A stretch of 64,000 bases of DNA from Candidatus Aegiribacteria sp. (GCA_030620995.1 JAUXIK010000004.1:18447-82446), one strand, 5' to 3'; shown: positions 41,025-52,387, counted from the stretch's first letter. Notes: generated by a model from the letters alone, not told the origin. Made by a program: numbers and translations.

Positions 41025-43433
41025 GTGACGTTACCGAAACGTTACAATGCCGGGGAAGCTGAACCCAGATGGCAGGATTTCTGGAACAATCGAGGAATAT
41101 TCAAATTTGACAGTAATTCGAAAAAACCTGTTTACTCAATTGATACTCCTCCGCCCACCGTTTCCGGGATGATTCACATGGGTCATGTATTCAGCTACGT
41201 CCAGGCGGAAGTTCTGGCAAGGTATCATCGAATGAAGGGCCAGGAGGTCTTCTACCCCTTTTGTTTTGATGACAACGGCCTGCCAAGTGAGAGATTCACT
41301 GAGCAGCAGAAAAAAGTGCGTGCTCAGGATATGACGAGAAGCGAATTTGTGAAGTTATGTCTCGAAGTAACCAAAGACGCTGAGGATACGTTCAGAGATC
41401 TCTGGACAAGATTCGGATTCTCGTGTGACTGGGATCTTCTCTATACGACAATAGACCCGTGGGTTCAGAGAATAAGCCAGCGGTCCTTTCTTGATCTTAA
41501 TAGAAAGGGATTTGTCTACAGAAAAGAAGCTCCGACATTGTGGTGCCCTGAATGCCGGACAGCGGTAGCCCAGGCCGAAACGGAAGACAGTGAGTTTGGC
41601 TCGGTCTTTCATGATCTTGAATTCCCCCTTGCGGATGGTTCCGGAAATATCCCCATAGCCACCACAAGACCGGAACTGCTCCCGGCATGTGTTGCGGTTT
41701 TCGTACACCCTTCGGATGAAAGATGGAGTCATCTGATCGGCAGGAAAGCCGCTATTCCAGTCTTTGGTCATGAAGTTGAGATTATGTCGGATTTCAAGGT
41801 TGACAGGGATAAGGGCAGCGGGATAGTCATGTGCTGCACATTCGGTGATACAACTGATATCGAGTGGTGGCAGGAATATGATCTGGATCTCAGAATAGTA
41901 CTGGATAACAGGGGGCACATGAATGCCGCCGCAGGCTTCCTGGAAGGCATGTACTGGAAGAAAGCCAGAAAAGTTCTTGTACAGAAACTCGATGATGAAG
42001 GATTCAGAAAAGGCGGAGAAGATATTCAGCATGTAATCAATGTGCATGAAAGATGCGGAACTCCGCTTGAATTCCTGCTTAATATGCAGTGGTTTGTGCG
42101 TATTCTTGATAAGAAGGATGAACTCATCAGACGAGGCAATGAAGTTAACTGGTATCCCCCTTATTTCAAGGTTCGCTATGAGCACTGGGTGGAAAACCTC
42201 AAATGGGACTGGTGCATAAGCCGTCAGCGCTTCTATGGAGTACCTTTCCCGGTGTGGTTCTGCGAGGATTGCGGTGAACCTTTCTTCGCCAAGGAGGAAA
42301 ATCTTCCTGTTGATCCTCTGGTGGATACACCGGAGGGACCATGCCCTTCGTGCGGAGGTTCAGACTTCAGACCCGAATCAGATGTCATGGATACGTGGGC
42401 AACGAGTTCTCTCACCCCTCAGATCAACGCAAAGTGGGGGGAAGAGGATGAGATGGAAGGATTGCTTCCCATGAGCCTCAGGCCTCAGGCGCACGATATC
42501 ATCAGGACATGGACATTCTATACAATAACGAAGGCGCATCTGCATTCAGACAGCATTCCCTGGAAGGATATAATGATCAGCGGTCACGCTCTGAACCCCT
42601 CAAGGGAAAAGATGTCCAAGAGCAAGGGAAATATCGCTGGTGATCCGCTTGTCGCTCTTGATCGATACTCGGCTGACGAGCTGCGCTACTGGTCATGCAG
42701 CTCGAAACTGGGCAACGATGTTCTCTTCAGCGAAGATATTCTTGGAGACGGCAGACGCCTTGTCACAAAACTCTGGAACGCTACAAGATTCGCTTCTTCC
42801 AGACTTGAGGATTTCGACACTGAACTGGAACCCGATCTGAAACCCTTTGACAGATGGATTCTCTCCAGATTCACCAGAACCGCGAAAGACGCTACATCCG
42901 GTATGAATAAGTATGAGTTTTCCGTCTGCATCCGCGATGGCGAGCATTTCTTCTGGAAAGCGCTTTGTGACAATTATCTGGAAATAGTAAAAAAACGTCT
43001 TTACTCAGACGATAACCCGGATGAAAAGCATTCCGCCCAGTACGCCCTCTACCATGTTCTTTACGGCTCACTGAGGCTTTTCGCTCCCGTTCTTGTACAT
43101 ATCACCGAGGAATTGTATCAGGCTGTTTTCAGGGAGAACGAAGGACATGAAAGCATTCATATAGCTCCCTGGCCGGAACCGGATTACATGGATGAAAAGG
43201 CTCTGAAATACGGTGATATGACACTTCAGATCATTGAAGAAGCCAGAAAATTCAAGAGTGAAGCAAATCTAAGCATGGCGGCACAACTCAGTTCAATTGA
43301 GATCAGCGCCCAACCTGAAGATCTGATTGAACTGAAAACCTTCGAAGATGATCTTCTGAATGTCACAAGAGCGGAAACTATCGGCTGGAGCGAAGGTCAG
43401 AGTCTTTCTGTCAGAGTTGTTAACTCTGAATAA
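41025..43433 (+). CDS. valS: Valine--tRNA ligase (short form, about 800 aa)
   Basis: PPPTVSGMIHMGH (HIGH) and KMSKSKGN motifs with a CP1 editing-domain insertion. The probable GTG start is at 41025 after AAAGGA; the track's TTG at 41007 is also possible. Confidence 0.65.
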   Translation: MTLPKRYNAGEAEPRWQDFWNNRGIFKFDSNSKKPVYSIDTPPPTVSGMIHMGHVFSYVQAEVLARYHRMKGQEVFYPFCFDDNGLPSERFTEQQKKVRAQDMTRSEFVKLCLEVTKDAEDTFRDLWTRFGFSCDWDLLYTTIDPWVQRISQRSFLDLNRKGFVYRKEAPTLWCPECRTAVAQAETEDSEFGSVFHDLEFPLADGSGNIPIATTRPELLPACVAVFVHPSDERWSHLIGRKAAIPVFGHEVEIMSDFKVDRDKGSGIVMCCTFGDTTDIEWWQEYDLDLRIVLDNRGHMNAAAGFLEGMYWKKARKVLVQKLDDEGFRKGGEDIQHVINVHERCGTPLEFLLNMQWFVRILDKKDELIRRGNEVNWYPPYFKVRYEHWVENLKWDWCISRQRFYGVPFPVWFCEDCGEPFFAKEENLPVDPLVDTPEGPCPSCGGSDFRPESDVMDTWATSSLTPQINAKWGEEDEMEGLLPMSLRPQAHDIIRTWTFYTITKAHLHSDSIPWKDIMISGHALNPSREKMSKSKGNIAGDPLVALDRYSADELRYWSCSSKLGNDVLFSEDILGDGRRLVTKLWNATRFASSRLEDFDTELEPDLKPFDRWILSRFTRTAKDATSGMNKYEFSVCIRDGEHFFWKALCDNYLEIVKKRLYSDDNPDEKHSAQYALYHVLYGSLRLFAPVLVHITEELYQAVFRENEGHESIHIAPWPEPDYMDEKALKYGDMTLQIIEEARKFKSEANLSMAAQLSSIEISAQPEDLIELKTFEDDLLNVTRAETIGWSEGQSLSVRVVNSE

Positions 43434-43437
43434 CCTT

Positions 43438-44256
43438 TTAAAATGCAACCTTGTATAGAGTGAACAGCCCCAGCGCTACTGTTGCTATACCCACAATTAC
43501 AGTAAAATTGCTGATTCTTATTTTCTTTACTGTCCAGGCACAGAATGGAACCGATATGAACGAGCCGATAACAAGCGGCAGAGCAATGCTCCAGTTGATA
43601 TCAGCCCCCAGAATAAGATAAGCAGTCACACCGACAAGACATGTAAAACTTTCCGCAAAAGATGTTATTGCGATAGAACTTTTACTCTTAACTCCCGACA
43701 GAATCTGCCCTGATGTGACAAGGGGCCCGTATCCTCCCCCCGAGAGCCCCTTATTGAACGCGGCAATAATTCCAAGACCCAGTATTTTCTTCCAGGAGAA
43801 CCTGTGAACGGTATTTCTCCTGACAAGAATCAGGATTCCCATAATAAGCACTATGGAACCGATAATTATCCTCAGATAGGCTTTCGGGATATGGAACGCC
43901 AGAATTACCGCCGCGACCGCGCCAATAACACTGCATGCGGCCAGCACAAACGCTATCTTTGAATCGTTTGACTTCGGAATGTACCCGAGGATTTTCATCT
44001 TCTTCACTATCCGGTGATCTCTGTCTCTTCTGAAGTTGAAATCAACATTGCCCATCCTGTGATGCATGAATGCCGCAAACCCGCCCGTAAGCAGTTCTGA
44101 CAGAAGTATCGCAGGTACTACGGCAAGAGGTTCGTAACCCATAAGAAGAAGAATCGGAGTCATGGTTGTTCCGTAGCCCATGCCAAGAGTTGAATCAACA
44201 TACTCGCAGATGAATGCCATGAAGAACAGTAAGCCAATTATCGGAACCGGATCCAT
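43438..44256 (-). CDS. TauE/SafE (TSUP, DUF81) family membrane transporter
   Basis: An 8-TM profile with duplicated GGG..G motifs typical of TSUP. Confidence 0.75.
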   Translation of the reverse strand: MDPVPIIGLLFFMAFICEYVDSTLGMGYGTTMTPILLLMGYEPLAVVPAILLSELLTGGFAAFMHHRMGNVDFNFRRDRDHRIVKKMKILGYIPKSNDSKIAFVLAACSVIGAVAAVILAFHIPKAYLRIIIGSIVLIMGILILVRRNTVHRFSWKKILGLGIIAAFNKGLSGGGYGPLVTSGQILSGVKSKSSIAITSFAESFTCLVGVTAYLILGADINWSIALPLVIGSFISVPFCAWTVKKIRISNFTVIVGIATVALGLFTLYKVAF

Positions 44257-44277
44257 AAGCTATCTCTCTCTTATCCG

Positions 44278-44502
44278 CTATCGCTCCTCTGTCCGTTTTT
44301 GCTGCAGCTTGTCAGCTTTTGACAGATAGAGCCGGCTATCTTTGAAGAGTATCCACCGAATCCTGTCGCCATCCAGCAATTCCAGCTGTTCCGCGACTTC
44401 CTTTGGAACGGTGACCCGCCTTCTGCTTTTTCTGATTGTAACAGAGGTTTCACCAGCATATTCAACATCATCAAGATTGATTTCCACAATAATTCCCTCC
44501 AA
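44278..44502 (-). CDS. AbrB/MazE/SpoVT-type swapped-hairpin DNA-binding protein (74 aa)
   Basis: VTIRKSRRRVTVPKEVAEQLELLDGDRI resembles the AbrB-N fold. Confidence 0.45.
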   Translation of the reverse strand: MEGIIVEINLDDVEYAGETSVTIRKSRRRVTVPKEVAEQLELLDGDRIRWILFKDSRLYLSKADKLQQKRTEER

Positions 44503-44634
44503 GTCAGACCAATATACTTTGGATTAATACCAAAGCCAATTATTTCAGTCAGAAAAAAAAATTCGGATTGTCATAAAGGATAAAATGACTTATGAATTAT
44601 GGATAAATTTATATTCTTTGGCAGAGGAGAAAAA

Positions 44635-45267
44635 ATGGAATATCCTGTTATTCACAATCCAGGCTCAATCGAACTGCTTCTGGATAAACTCCACGGCACC
44701 AAATCCCCCAGAGTGGTTGATTACGACTTTCTCACCACTCTCGGATTCAAGAGGGAAGTTGATGAATCACTCCTCATGCTTCTCGGATTTCTTGGTTTCA
44801 TCGATGATAACAATCAGCCGACCATCCTGTGGGAAAAGTCTCATGATCCTGATAAAGCAAAGGTTCTGCTCGGTAAAGCAGTAAAAGCTGCATACAGCAG
44901 CCTCTTCAAGGCTCATCCTGAGGCTATAACTGAAGAAAACTCTGTTCTGATGGAGTTTTTCAGATCCAGCTCAGGTGCATCCGATCCTGATGCTGCATAT
45001 ATGATTCTTTCTTTTAAAGTCCTCTGTGATCTATCAGAGTTTGACGAGAAACCTCCAATTGCGCAGAAAAAGCCTGAAAAAAAACCAAAAGCGATTAAAA
45101 AGACTCCGGCCGCGGAACTTCCGGAAGCAAAATCAGTTACAGATAAAGTAGCTTCAACGGATTCCTCACCGGTTATCAGATTGTCGATAAATATTGATAT
45201 TGATGAATCCGACCCTGAACTGAGGGAACTGACTCTGAAACTCATCAGAAAGCAGTTAGAACTATAA
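44635..45267 (+). CDS. Hypothetical protein with a lysine/proline-rich low-complexity middle segment
   Basis: ORF with the probable start MEYPVIHNPGS; no recognised domain. Confidence 0.35.
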   Translation: MEYPVIHNPGSIELLLDKLHGTKSPRVVDYDFLTTLGFKREVDESLLMLLGFLGFIDDNNQPTILWEKSHDPDKAKVLLGKAVKAAYSSLFKAHPEAITEENSVLMEFFRSSSGASDPDAAYMILSFKVLCDLSEFDEKPPIAQKKPEKKPKAIKKTPAAELPEAKSVTDKVASTDSSPVIRLSINIDIDESDPELRELTLKLIRKQLEL

Positions 45268-45297
45268 ATCAGTGTTTTACCAATAGATAAAAGTACC

Positions 45298-46923
45298 TTG
45301 AAAGGAGCAATTTTTGCTATGAAGAATTCGAGATGGATTATACCGCTGATCATGCTTACAGCAGTAATCCTTGCAACCTCTTGCGGAGATGATGAAACTC
45401 CGACCGGACCGGGCACATATCCTACAGCGTCAATCCTCAGCGCATCGACAGGAGCAAGTAATTCAGTATCCACTTCCTGGACCATGTGTCCTGATGATAA
45501 TTTTTCCGAATACAGCCTTTACAGGTCCCTGACTGAAGGGATTTCCGCCAATCCGCCGGACAGCCCTGTAAGAGCCGCCAGCAATGCGGCGGATACAACC
45601 TTTACAGATACAGGCCTGGAGTGGAGCACGGACTACTTTTACGCTGTCCGGACAAAGAATACCGACAATCTGTACTCCTGGAGTAACGAAGTATCAGTGA
45701 CCACTCCTGACTCCGGCAGTACCGGTGACTATCTGACCTGCTACCAGATCCAGGGACAGCAGTCATCCTCACCGTATGTTGACCAGATCGTTTCCGTAAC
45801 AGGAATTGTAACTACAGGCGGGGACGAACTCTACTATTCTGCGGGTCCTGTCGCGGTGCTGAGTGATCCTGATGGAGGTCCCTGGACGGGACTGGTTCTC
45901 TACGGTGACGATATCACTTCTCTTGCCAGGGGTGACAGTATACTTATCACCGGTACCGTTCAGGAGTACTACGGTCTGACTGAACTGGGTAACATTTCCT
46001 CTGTTGAGATTGTTTCTACCGGGAACGAGGTGCCACCAGCCACTGCGGTTTCCACTGGGGACATATCCAATTCTACTGATCCAGAGCAGTACGAATCCGT
46101 TCTTTGCACTATCAGCGATGCGATTGTAACCGAAGTCCAGGGATACGGCCAGTTCCTTGCCGATGACGGCTCAGGCGAATGCATTGTGGACGACATGGGC
46201 ACTTATTCGTACAGCCCTGCTGTTGGTGATACGATCATCACCGGAACCGGGATACTATGGTACTCCTGGGACGAATGGAAACTCGAACCCAGGGATGACA
46301 ACGATCTTATTACTTCCGGAGGCGGAGGCGGTGATACTTACACATGCTACGAGATCCAGGGACAGCAGTCGGAATCACCCTTTGATGGACAGACTGTCAG
46401 TGTCACCGGGATCATAACCGCTGACCCTGATGATTATACCGCTACATCTTCAACCTACTCCGCCATGGCAGATGCCGCCGGAGGACCCTGGAGCGGTCTG
46501 CTACTATATGGCGACGATCTCGAAGGGCTTCAGAGAGGTGACAGTGTAACGGTAACCGGAGTTGTGGATGAGTACTACGAAATGACTGAGGTTAAGTACC
46601 CGATATCCTACGTAGTACACTCGAGCGGACATGCTCTTCCGGATCCAATTCAGTTCTCTACCGGTGATCTCTCACCTTCTCTTGACCTTGAGCAATGGGA
46701 ATCCGTATTTGTGACCGTATCCGATGTCGATGTAACACAGATTGGTCTACCTTATTACACATGGGCTGTCGATGACGGAAGCGGAGAGTGCTACGCCGGC
46801 ACAATGGGTGACTTCACCTACGATCCGGCTGTAGGCGATAACCTGTCAAGCATGACAGGATTGCTCTGGTACTCCTACGATTTCAAGATTCAACCCAGGG
46901 ACGACAACGATATAGTCCAATAA
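45298..46923 (+). CDS. Lipoprotein with an FN3-like N-terminal region and two tandem domains of about 195 aa
   Basis: Lipobox (ILATSCG). The two internal repeats both begin D(Y/T)(L/Y)TCY(Q/E)IQGQQS and end KL/IEPRDDNDLI/IQPRDDNDIV. Confidence 0.5.
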   Translation: MKGAIFAMKNSRWIIPLIMLTAVILATSCGDDETPTGPGTYPTASILSASTGASNSVSTSWTMCPDDNFSEYSLYRSLTEGISANPPDSPVRAASNAADTTFTDTGLEWSTDYFYAVRTKNTDNLYSWSNEVSVTTPDSGSTGDYLTCYQIQGQQSSSPYVDQIVSVTGIVTTGGDELYYSAGPVAVLSDPDGGPWTGLVLYGDDITSLARGDSILITGTVQEYYGLTELGNISSVEIVSTGNEVPPATAVSTGDISNSTDPEQYESVLCTISDAIVTEVQGYGQFLADDGSGECIVDDMGTYSYSPAVGDTIITGTGILWYSWDEWKLEPRDDNDLITSGGGGGDTYTCYEIQGQQSESPFDGQTVSVTGIITADPDDYTATSSTYSAMADAAGGPWSGLLLYGDDLEGLQRGDSVTVTGVVDEYYEMTEVKYPISYVVHSSGHALPDPIQFSTGDLSPSLDLEQWESVFVTVSDVDVTQIGLPYYTWAVDDGSGECYAGTMGDFTYDPAVGDNLSSMTGLLWYSYDFKIQPRDDNDIVQ

Positions 46924-46930
46924 CTATAAA

Positions 46931-46990
46931 GGGGACATGCAGGCTCTGCTGCGTGTCCCCAAAAAACCTGACGCTCTGCTGCATGTCCCT
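46931..46990. repeat. REP family 2 doublet in inverted orientation (GGGGACATGCAGGCTCTGCTGCGTGTCCCC + AAAAAACCTGACGCTCTGCTGCATGTCCC)
   Basis: Reverse complement of the doublets at 14779 and 34865. Confidence 0.6.
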
Positions 46991-47035
46991 AACATCATTT
47001 TATTCCATATTACGCTATTGGGCAAACGTCGTGTT

Positions 47036-47995
47036 CTAAGTCCGACCCTGGAGCCAGCGGGTTTCTTCGCGCAGGCCGTCCAGGAGAGGTGTGGATGGTT
47101 TCCAGCCGATCGTGCGTTCCAGCAGCTCGGTTGACGCAAATGTGTCAGGAACATCGCCTGCCTGAACCGGAAGGAATTCCAGACACGCTTTTTTCCCCAC
47201 GGCCTCCTCAAGAATGGTTATAGCTTCCAGAAGAGGAAGTGTGTTACCGCCGCCAAGATTCATCACTCTGCCGTCAGTGCAGTTTTCCGAAAGCCGCAGA
47301 CCCTTGACCAGATCACCGACATATGTGAAATCCCGTGTCTGTCCTCCATCACCGAATATTCTGACAGGCTTTCCTCCGAGGATCGCCCTTATGAAAATGT
47401 TGAATGCCATATCGGGTCTCTGACGGGGACCGTATACTGTGAAGAATCGAAGAGATACACTTGGAAGATCATGATTTCTGGTATAAAGCCTGACCATATT
47501 CTCAGCAGCCAGTTTGGTTACTCCGTAAGGAGAATCAGGAATCGGAACGGTTCTGTCCTCCACCATCGGCAGATCAGCAACACGTCCGTATACCGAAGAT
47601 GATGAAGCGAAGATGAAATTGCGGAGCCTTCCATCGCGGACAGCCCATTCAAGAAGGCGCTGAGTAGCCAGAATATTGTCAGCAGTATAGCGCAGAAACT
47701 CTTTTCCCCAGCTCTTCCTTACGCCTGCCTGGGCAGCCAGATGGTATATGATGATGTCTTCATCATGAGATACCGCTTCATCAAGTTCGAAGAATGCCGT
47801 ATCCGAAAGATCCTGCTCAAGAAGTGTGAAACAGGGGTTGTCAAGCAAAGCGGATATATTCGCTCTTTTCAAATCAGGAGAATAGTAATCTCTGAAACAG
47901 TCAATACCGATTACGCTTTTTCCTTCAGCCAGAAGACGTTCTGACAGATGGCTTCCGATGAAACCCGCGGCTCCGGTGACTATATACTTCATCAA
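47036..47995 (-). CDS. NAD-dependent epimerase/dehydratase (extended SDR; UDP-sugar epimerase-like)
   Basis: [11 protein letters not shown] Rossmann motif and the YxxxK catalytic pair (YGVTK). Confidence 0.8.
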   Translation of the reverse strand: MMKYIVTGAAGFIGSHLSERLLAEGKSVIGIDCFRDYYSPDLKRANISALLDNPCFTLLEQDLSDTAFFELDEAVSHDEDIIIYHLAAQAGVRKSWGKEFLRYTADNILATQRLLEWAVRDGRLRNFIFASSSSVYGRVADLPMVEDRTVPIPDSPYGVTKLAAENMVRLYTRNHDLPSVSLRFFTVYGPRQRPDMAFNIFIRAILGGKPVRIFGDGGQTRDFTYVGDLVKGLRLSENCTDGRVMNLGGGNTLPLLEAITILEEAVGKKACLEFLPVQAGDVPDTFASTELLERTIGWKPSTPLLDGLREETRWLQGRT

Positions 47996-48079
47996 TTTTC
48001 GCTCTCTTCTATTTTCCTGTACTGCAACTTGTTCCGCACTACACTATTGTGTAAGTGCCGCAAGTGGCGTCCGACCCCA

Positions 48080-49552
48080 TTAATCGCCGCTTTCTTCGGA
48101 AATGCCCCAGCTGACCGTGTTTACACCTACCTGCAACAAGTATCTCAAATTGTCTTTTCTAACAGCCGGAGGGAGGAATTTCGCTCCAAACGGCGCCAGG
48201 CAGAGAAGTTCTGCGGGATTCGGAAGTTCATCAACCAAAAGGTCTATATGAGGTATTGGTACCGGATCAACCGGATATACAGCCATTCTCGACAGCAGCA
48301 GTTCTCTGAGCTTATCCCATGGAGTTCCCTCACAGCTGAATCCGGCTGCCATTTTGTGCCCTCCCGCGTTGGTGAACACATCTCCCATACTCATAAGAAA
48401 ACCAGCCATGTTCCAATCCCCGAATGAACGGGCTTCTCCAACGAGTTTTCCGCCCTCCCGCGGGGATACTATCAGTGTTCCTCTCCGGGTCACTCTGCTT
48501 AATTTGCTGGCGAGAACCCCCCCCATGCCATCAGGGATTGTATCCATGTATACAAGCGTCATTCCGTATGCGGACGCCTGGTCATCTCTGTTCTTGAGAG
48601 CCTGCGAGAATATGTCTGACAGCTGATACGCTCTGTACCGGCTTTCCTTTTTCATGAGTTTCCAGATAGACTTGCAGCTCCTGTAGTCTTCATCCATCAT
48701 GAAATCAAGCATGATCCCGATTCCTGAGCCCTTCCCTTTCCCGACAGTTGATGTGATCTCGTGCCGGATCATGGATCCCGTCCAGGCCGATTCTCTTGCG
48801 GGCCACCGTTCGGCAAGTATCTTCATGCCGCCTTTGAGCAGATCAATATCGATTTTTCCGAACTCCTCAAGGAGATACCTGTTCCAGCCCAGCAGAGGTA
48901 CTCGGTCCGAAACAGTTCCGAGAGCAACAGCTGTCAGAAGTTCAGGTTCGTTTTCCCACCCGGGGTAGATTGATATCAGGGCGGCGTACAGGACTCCGCA
49001 TCCGGCCAGATAAGTGGCGGGTGGGCCGGTTCTCTGTGGATTGATCATTCCATGGGCTTCAGGCAGAGGGGGGTTGAGCATGTGATGGTCGGTGATAACC
49101 ACCCTTGCGCCCTGATCCAGAGCCCAGCGGACTCCTGCTACAGAAGAACATCCGTAATCAACTGTAAGCAGCAGATCACCTGACAGAAGAGAGCCTTCCA
49201 TCAGCCTGGGAATAAGACCGTAATCATCTGTCGAACGTTCAGGCATGATTGGAATGACTTCAAAACCTTCTCCCTCAAGAATTCTGATTCCAACATAGAG
49301 CCCGGTAATGCCATCCATGTCATCGTGCCCATAGAGGACAATTTTGCCTCCACGATCTTTCAGATCATTGAGTTCACGGCGGAGAATATCAATATCGGGA
49401 ATACCGTCCGGCCATTCCGGCTTATCGGGCAGCCACTCTTTAATGGGATCGGGTAATTCGGGAAAGCGATGGAGAAGAATAGAATATGCCAGAGGCGTAA
49501 CCTTACACCTGCCCCGCTTCGTGTCGGGACCTTCTTCAATGGAACGCATCAA
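48080..49552 (-). CDS. DHH-family phosphoesterase (RecJ/NrnA-like; DHH + DHHA1)
   Basis: [11 protein letters not shown] and GGHKMAAG motifs. Confidence 0.7.
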   Translation of the reverse strand: MMRSIEEGPDTKRGRCKVTPLAYSILLHRFPELPDPIKEWLPDKPEWPDGIPDIDILRRELNDLKDRGGKIVLYGHDDMDGITGLYVGIRILEGEGFEVIPIMPERSTDDYGLIPRLMEGSLLSGDLLLTVDYGCSSVAGVRWALDQGARVVITDHHMLNPPLPEAHGMINPQRTGPPATYLAGCGVLYAALISIYPGWENEPELLTAVALGTVSDRVPLLGWNRYLLEEFGKIDIDLLKGGMKILAERWPARESAWTGSMIRHEITSTVGKGKGSGIGIMLDFMMDEDYRSCKSIWKLMKKESRYRAYQLSDIFSQALKNRDDQASAYGMTLVYMDTIPDGMGGVLASKLSRVTRRGTLIVSPREGGKLVGEARSFGDWNMAGFLMSMGDVFTNAGGHKMAAGFSCEGTPWDKLRELLLSRMAVYPVDPVPIPHIDLLVDELPNPAELLCLAPFGAKFLPPAVRKDNLRYLLQVGVNTVSWGISEESGD

Positions 49553-49707
49553 TTCTCTCCAACAACCTGGATTATATCGGTAAGACCGACTTATTTATAA
49601 ATTCAACAACATAGCCTTATCCCTGAAAGCAGCTTTGTCAACCTTCCATGAATACAATAATGACATCTCTACCTGAGTTTGGAATTATTGTTCTTCTACG
49701 TCGGATA

Positions 49708-51978
49708 CTATGAGCTATCCAGTACAGCGCGGAGAGTTCCGGCCAGATTTCGGATATCAATCGGTTTTCCAATTATGGTACTGACGTTCTTCTTAAGCAC
49801 ATTCTCAGAAATAGTATTCCCGTAACCTGTTAAAAGTACTATCGGGAACTCCGGATGGGTTTTTCTTATCTCCTCTGCCAGATCCAATCCTGTCATTTTC
49901 GGCATTGTCAGATCGGTAAGAATCAGGTCATATTTGTCAGGCTGCTTGCAAAATGCTTCCAGCGCATCGACACTGCTGCCTCTGGCGTCAACAGTATAAC
50001 CAAGCTGATTCAGAATTTTTCTTAACAGCTCCAGAACTGACGTCTCATCATCAATAAGCAGAATTGTTTCATGTCCTCTCGGAAATGAATCTATCTGTTT
50101 CCGTTGAGGTTTCGCAATCTCCTTTGTGACAGGAAGATATACATGAAAAGCAGCCCCTTTTCCCGGTTCGCTGGATACAGTTATCTCTCCGCCATTACTC
50201 TGGATAATGCCGTGTACTACTGAAAGCCCCAGACCGCTGCCTTTTTCAGACTTCTTTGTGGTGAAGAAAGGTTCGAAAATATGATCCTTTATTTCTTCAG
50301 TCATTCCCGGCCCAGTGTCACTCACAGTCAGCCGGACATATTCTCCCTCCTGAAGGATCGGGTGTGATCTCGAATCATCACCGTCATCGGAATGAAAAGC
50401 CTTCAATTCAAAAGTGATCTGTCCTCCTCCATCTGCCATTGCCTGATAAGCATTGGTACACAGATTAACAATGACCTCATGTATCTGTGATGAATCAGCC
50501 ATGACCATCGGGCAGTTCACATTTATTTCCTTCAGTATCTCAATCGTTGACGGAATGATTGGCCGCAGTAATTTCAGGGCTTCTTCCACTACCTGCTGCA
50601 GACGAATCGGTTTTTTCTCCATTTCCATCTGCTGGCTGAATGTCAGGATCTGCCTGACCAGATCCTTCGCGCGGTTGGCTCCGCTCAGAATCTCTTCCAG
50701 ATCCTCGGTGATAGGATCATGAGAGGACAATCTGGACAGCACCATATCGGTATAGCCGATAATGGGTGTAAGGATATTGTTGAAATCATGAGCAATACCA
50801 CCCGCAAGAATCCCAATTGTTTCCAGTTTCTCCGACCGGAACAGGCGCTTCTGCATTTCAGCTTTTTCCCGTTCCTCTTTTTTCAGTTCGGTAATGTCCC
50901 GATGGCTTGCTACGTGCGCAATCGTCTTCCCTTTATCATCCGTTACCCTGGAGGCGGAGACCAATACAGGGAAAAGCTCTCCGTTCTTTCTCCTGGCAAC
51001 CAGCTCTCCCGACCAGCTGCCTTCTATTGCCTTTTTCAGTGTCGGTTTCTGTTCATCAGGATAAATGGAAGATATCTCTTTTCCCATCAGCTCTTCCCTC
51101 GAATAGCCGAACATTCCGGCAAATGCTTTATTCACATATGTAATTCTCCCTTTGAGATCGCCCATGACAAGGCCGTCAGGCGAACTCTCGACCGACTGAG
51201 AGAACTGCTTCAATTCCCTCTTCGCTTTTTTCCGCTCGGTGATATCCCTTATCGTGGTAACCCTGAACGCCTGATCCTTCTTCTTTATATTTCTTGCCTC
51301 GATCTCTATCGGGAACAGCGTTCCATCCTTTTTTCTTCCCGATATTTCAAATGGTTCGGCAATATGCTCGACTATCCGTCTTTCTATCATTGAATGGTAT
51401 TCCGCGGGTACACACTGTTCAATTACGTTCCTCCCGATTATCTCTTCTCTTGAATAGTCGAACATTTTCAGAAGTGATTCATTTACATCAATTGCCACGC
51501 CTTTTTCATGAATCAGGATACCTTCAATAGTGAGATTCGAAAGATTTCTGTATCTCTCTTCGCTCGCTCTCAGTTTTTTCTCAGCCATCTTCTTCTCGGT
51601 AATGTCGTAAAATGCCATGGCAAATAATCCGCTGTCCGGTGAAAACACATTGAAGGAATGGTATCTGTCTGTCGGGGAAAAGTAAGATTCAAAGGATTCG
51701 GATTTTCCTGTTTCCGCTACTCTGGCGCAGACATCGAGGTATGGAGCTTCTTCGGCTCCATACAGTCCTGAAGCTTTTTCACCGATTACGCTTAAGCGTT
51801 TGATGCCAAATATCTTTTCATACTCCGGATTAACGTCGATTATTCGGTAGTCAACAGCTTTGCCCCTGTCATCGTATACGATTTCGTTCAGGCACACCGC
51901 TTCGCCAATCAATTCAAAGAAGGATTGGAAGCTCCACTGATCTTTACTTCGACCGGGCTTATCTTTGTCTATTATCAT
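49708..51978 (-). CDS. Hybrid sensor histidine kinase / response regulator with multiple PAS domains
   Basis: Repeated PAS blocks, a HisKA H-box (HDFNNILTPIIGY), a HATPase_c G-boxes and a C-terminal receiver domain (LLIDDE...DLTMP). Confidence 0.85.
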   Translation of the reverse strand: MIIDKDKPGRSKDQWSFQSFFELIGEAVCLNEIVYDDRGKAVDYRIIDVNPEYEKIFGIKRLSVIGEKASGLYGAEEAPYLDVCARVAETGKSESFESYFSPTDRYHSFNVFSPDSGLFAMAFYDITEKKMAEKKLRASEERYRNLSNLTIEGILIHEKGVAIDVNESLLKMFDYSREEIIGRNVIEQCVPAEYHSMIERRIVEHIAEPFEISGRKKDGTLFPIEIEARNIKKKDQAFRVTTIRDITERKKAKRELKQFSQSVESSPDGLVMGDLKGRITYVNKAFAGMFGYSREELMGKEISSIYPDEQKPTLKKAIEGSWSGELVARRKNGELFPVLVSASRVTDDKGKTIAHVASHRDITELKKEEREKAEMQKRLFRSEKLETIGILAGGIAHDFNNILTPIIGYTDMVLSRLSSHDPITEDLEEILSGANRAKDLVRQILTFSQQMEMEKKPIRLQQVVEEALKLLRPIIPSTIEILKEINVNCPMVMADSSQIHEVIVNLCTNAYQAMADGGGQITFELKAFHSDDGDDSRSHPILQEGEYVRLTVSDTGPGMTEEIKDHIFEPFFTTKKSEKGSGLGLSVVHGIIQSNGGEITVSSEPGKGAAFHVYLPVTKEIAKPQRKQIDSFPRGHETILLIDDETSVLELLRKILNQLGYTVDARGSSVDALEAFCKQPDKYDLILTDLTMPKMTGLDLAEEIRKTHPEFPIVLLTGYGNTISENVLKKNVSTIIGKPIDIRNLAGTLRAVLDSS

Positions 51979-52387
51979 AATGTGCCTTTAAACAATAGAT
52001 TCTCGGTCCTGGTGTAATTTTCATACAGTTCAACGATTCCTTCTTCAATTCGCGATTGTCAGATACCGGTAACAGCGCTGAACAAAACAGGGAGAATGCC
52101 GGGATGGTTTTACCCCTTCCCGAACATCCCCCCATGTAGAACAGTATCTGAAAATATTCCCGCAAATTACGTATACATCTAACTCTTATATATACATTAC
52201 ATATTTAATGTACGTGCAGTCAACCTTTGTCATTTTTATCTTTGCGGTTATCCTGAATTAATTTTAAACTGAAAGGATTTCTCCGGTTATCAAAAATCTT
52301 CTCATAAGTGAGGCAGATCATCAATTTTCAGGCTTGCCCGAACAGCCCGCACTTGAAACCTGTTGAATATATTCGTAAACTCAGTGT

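Noticed and set aside
41355-42185. 276-aa minus-strand ORF
   Set aside because: It is antisense within valS.
50719-51393. 224-aa plus-strand ORF
   Set aside because: It is antisense within the hybrid histidine kinase gene.
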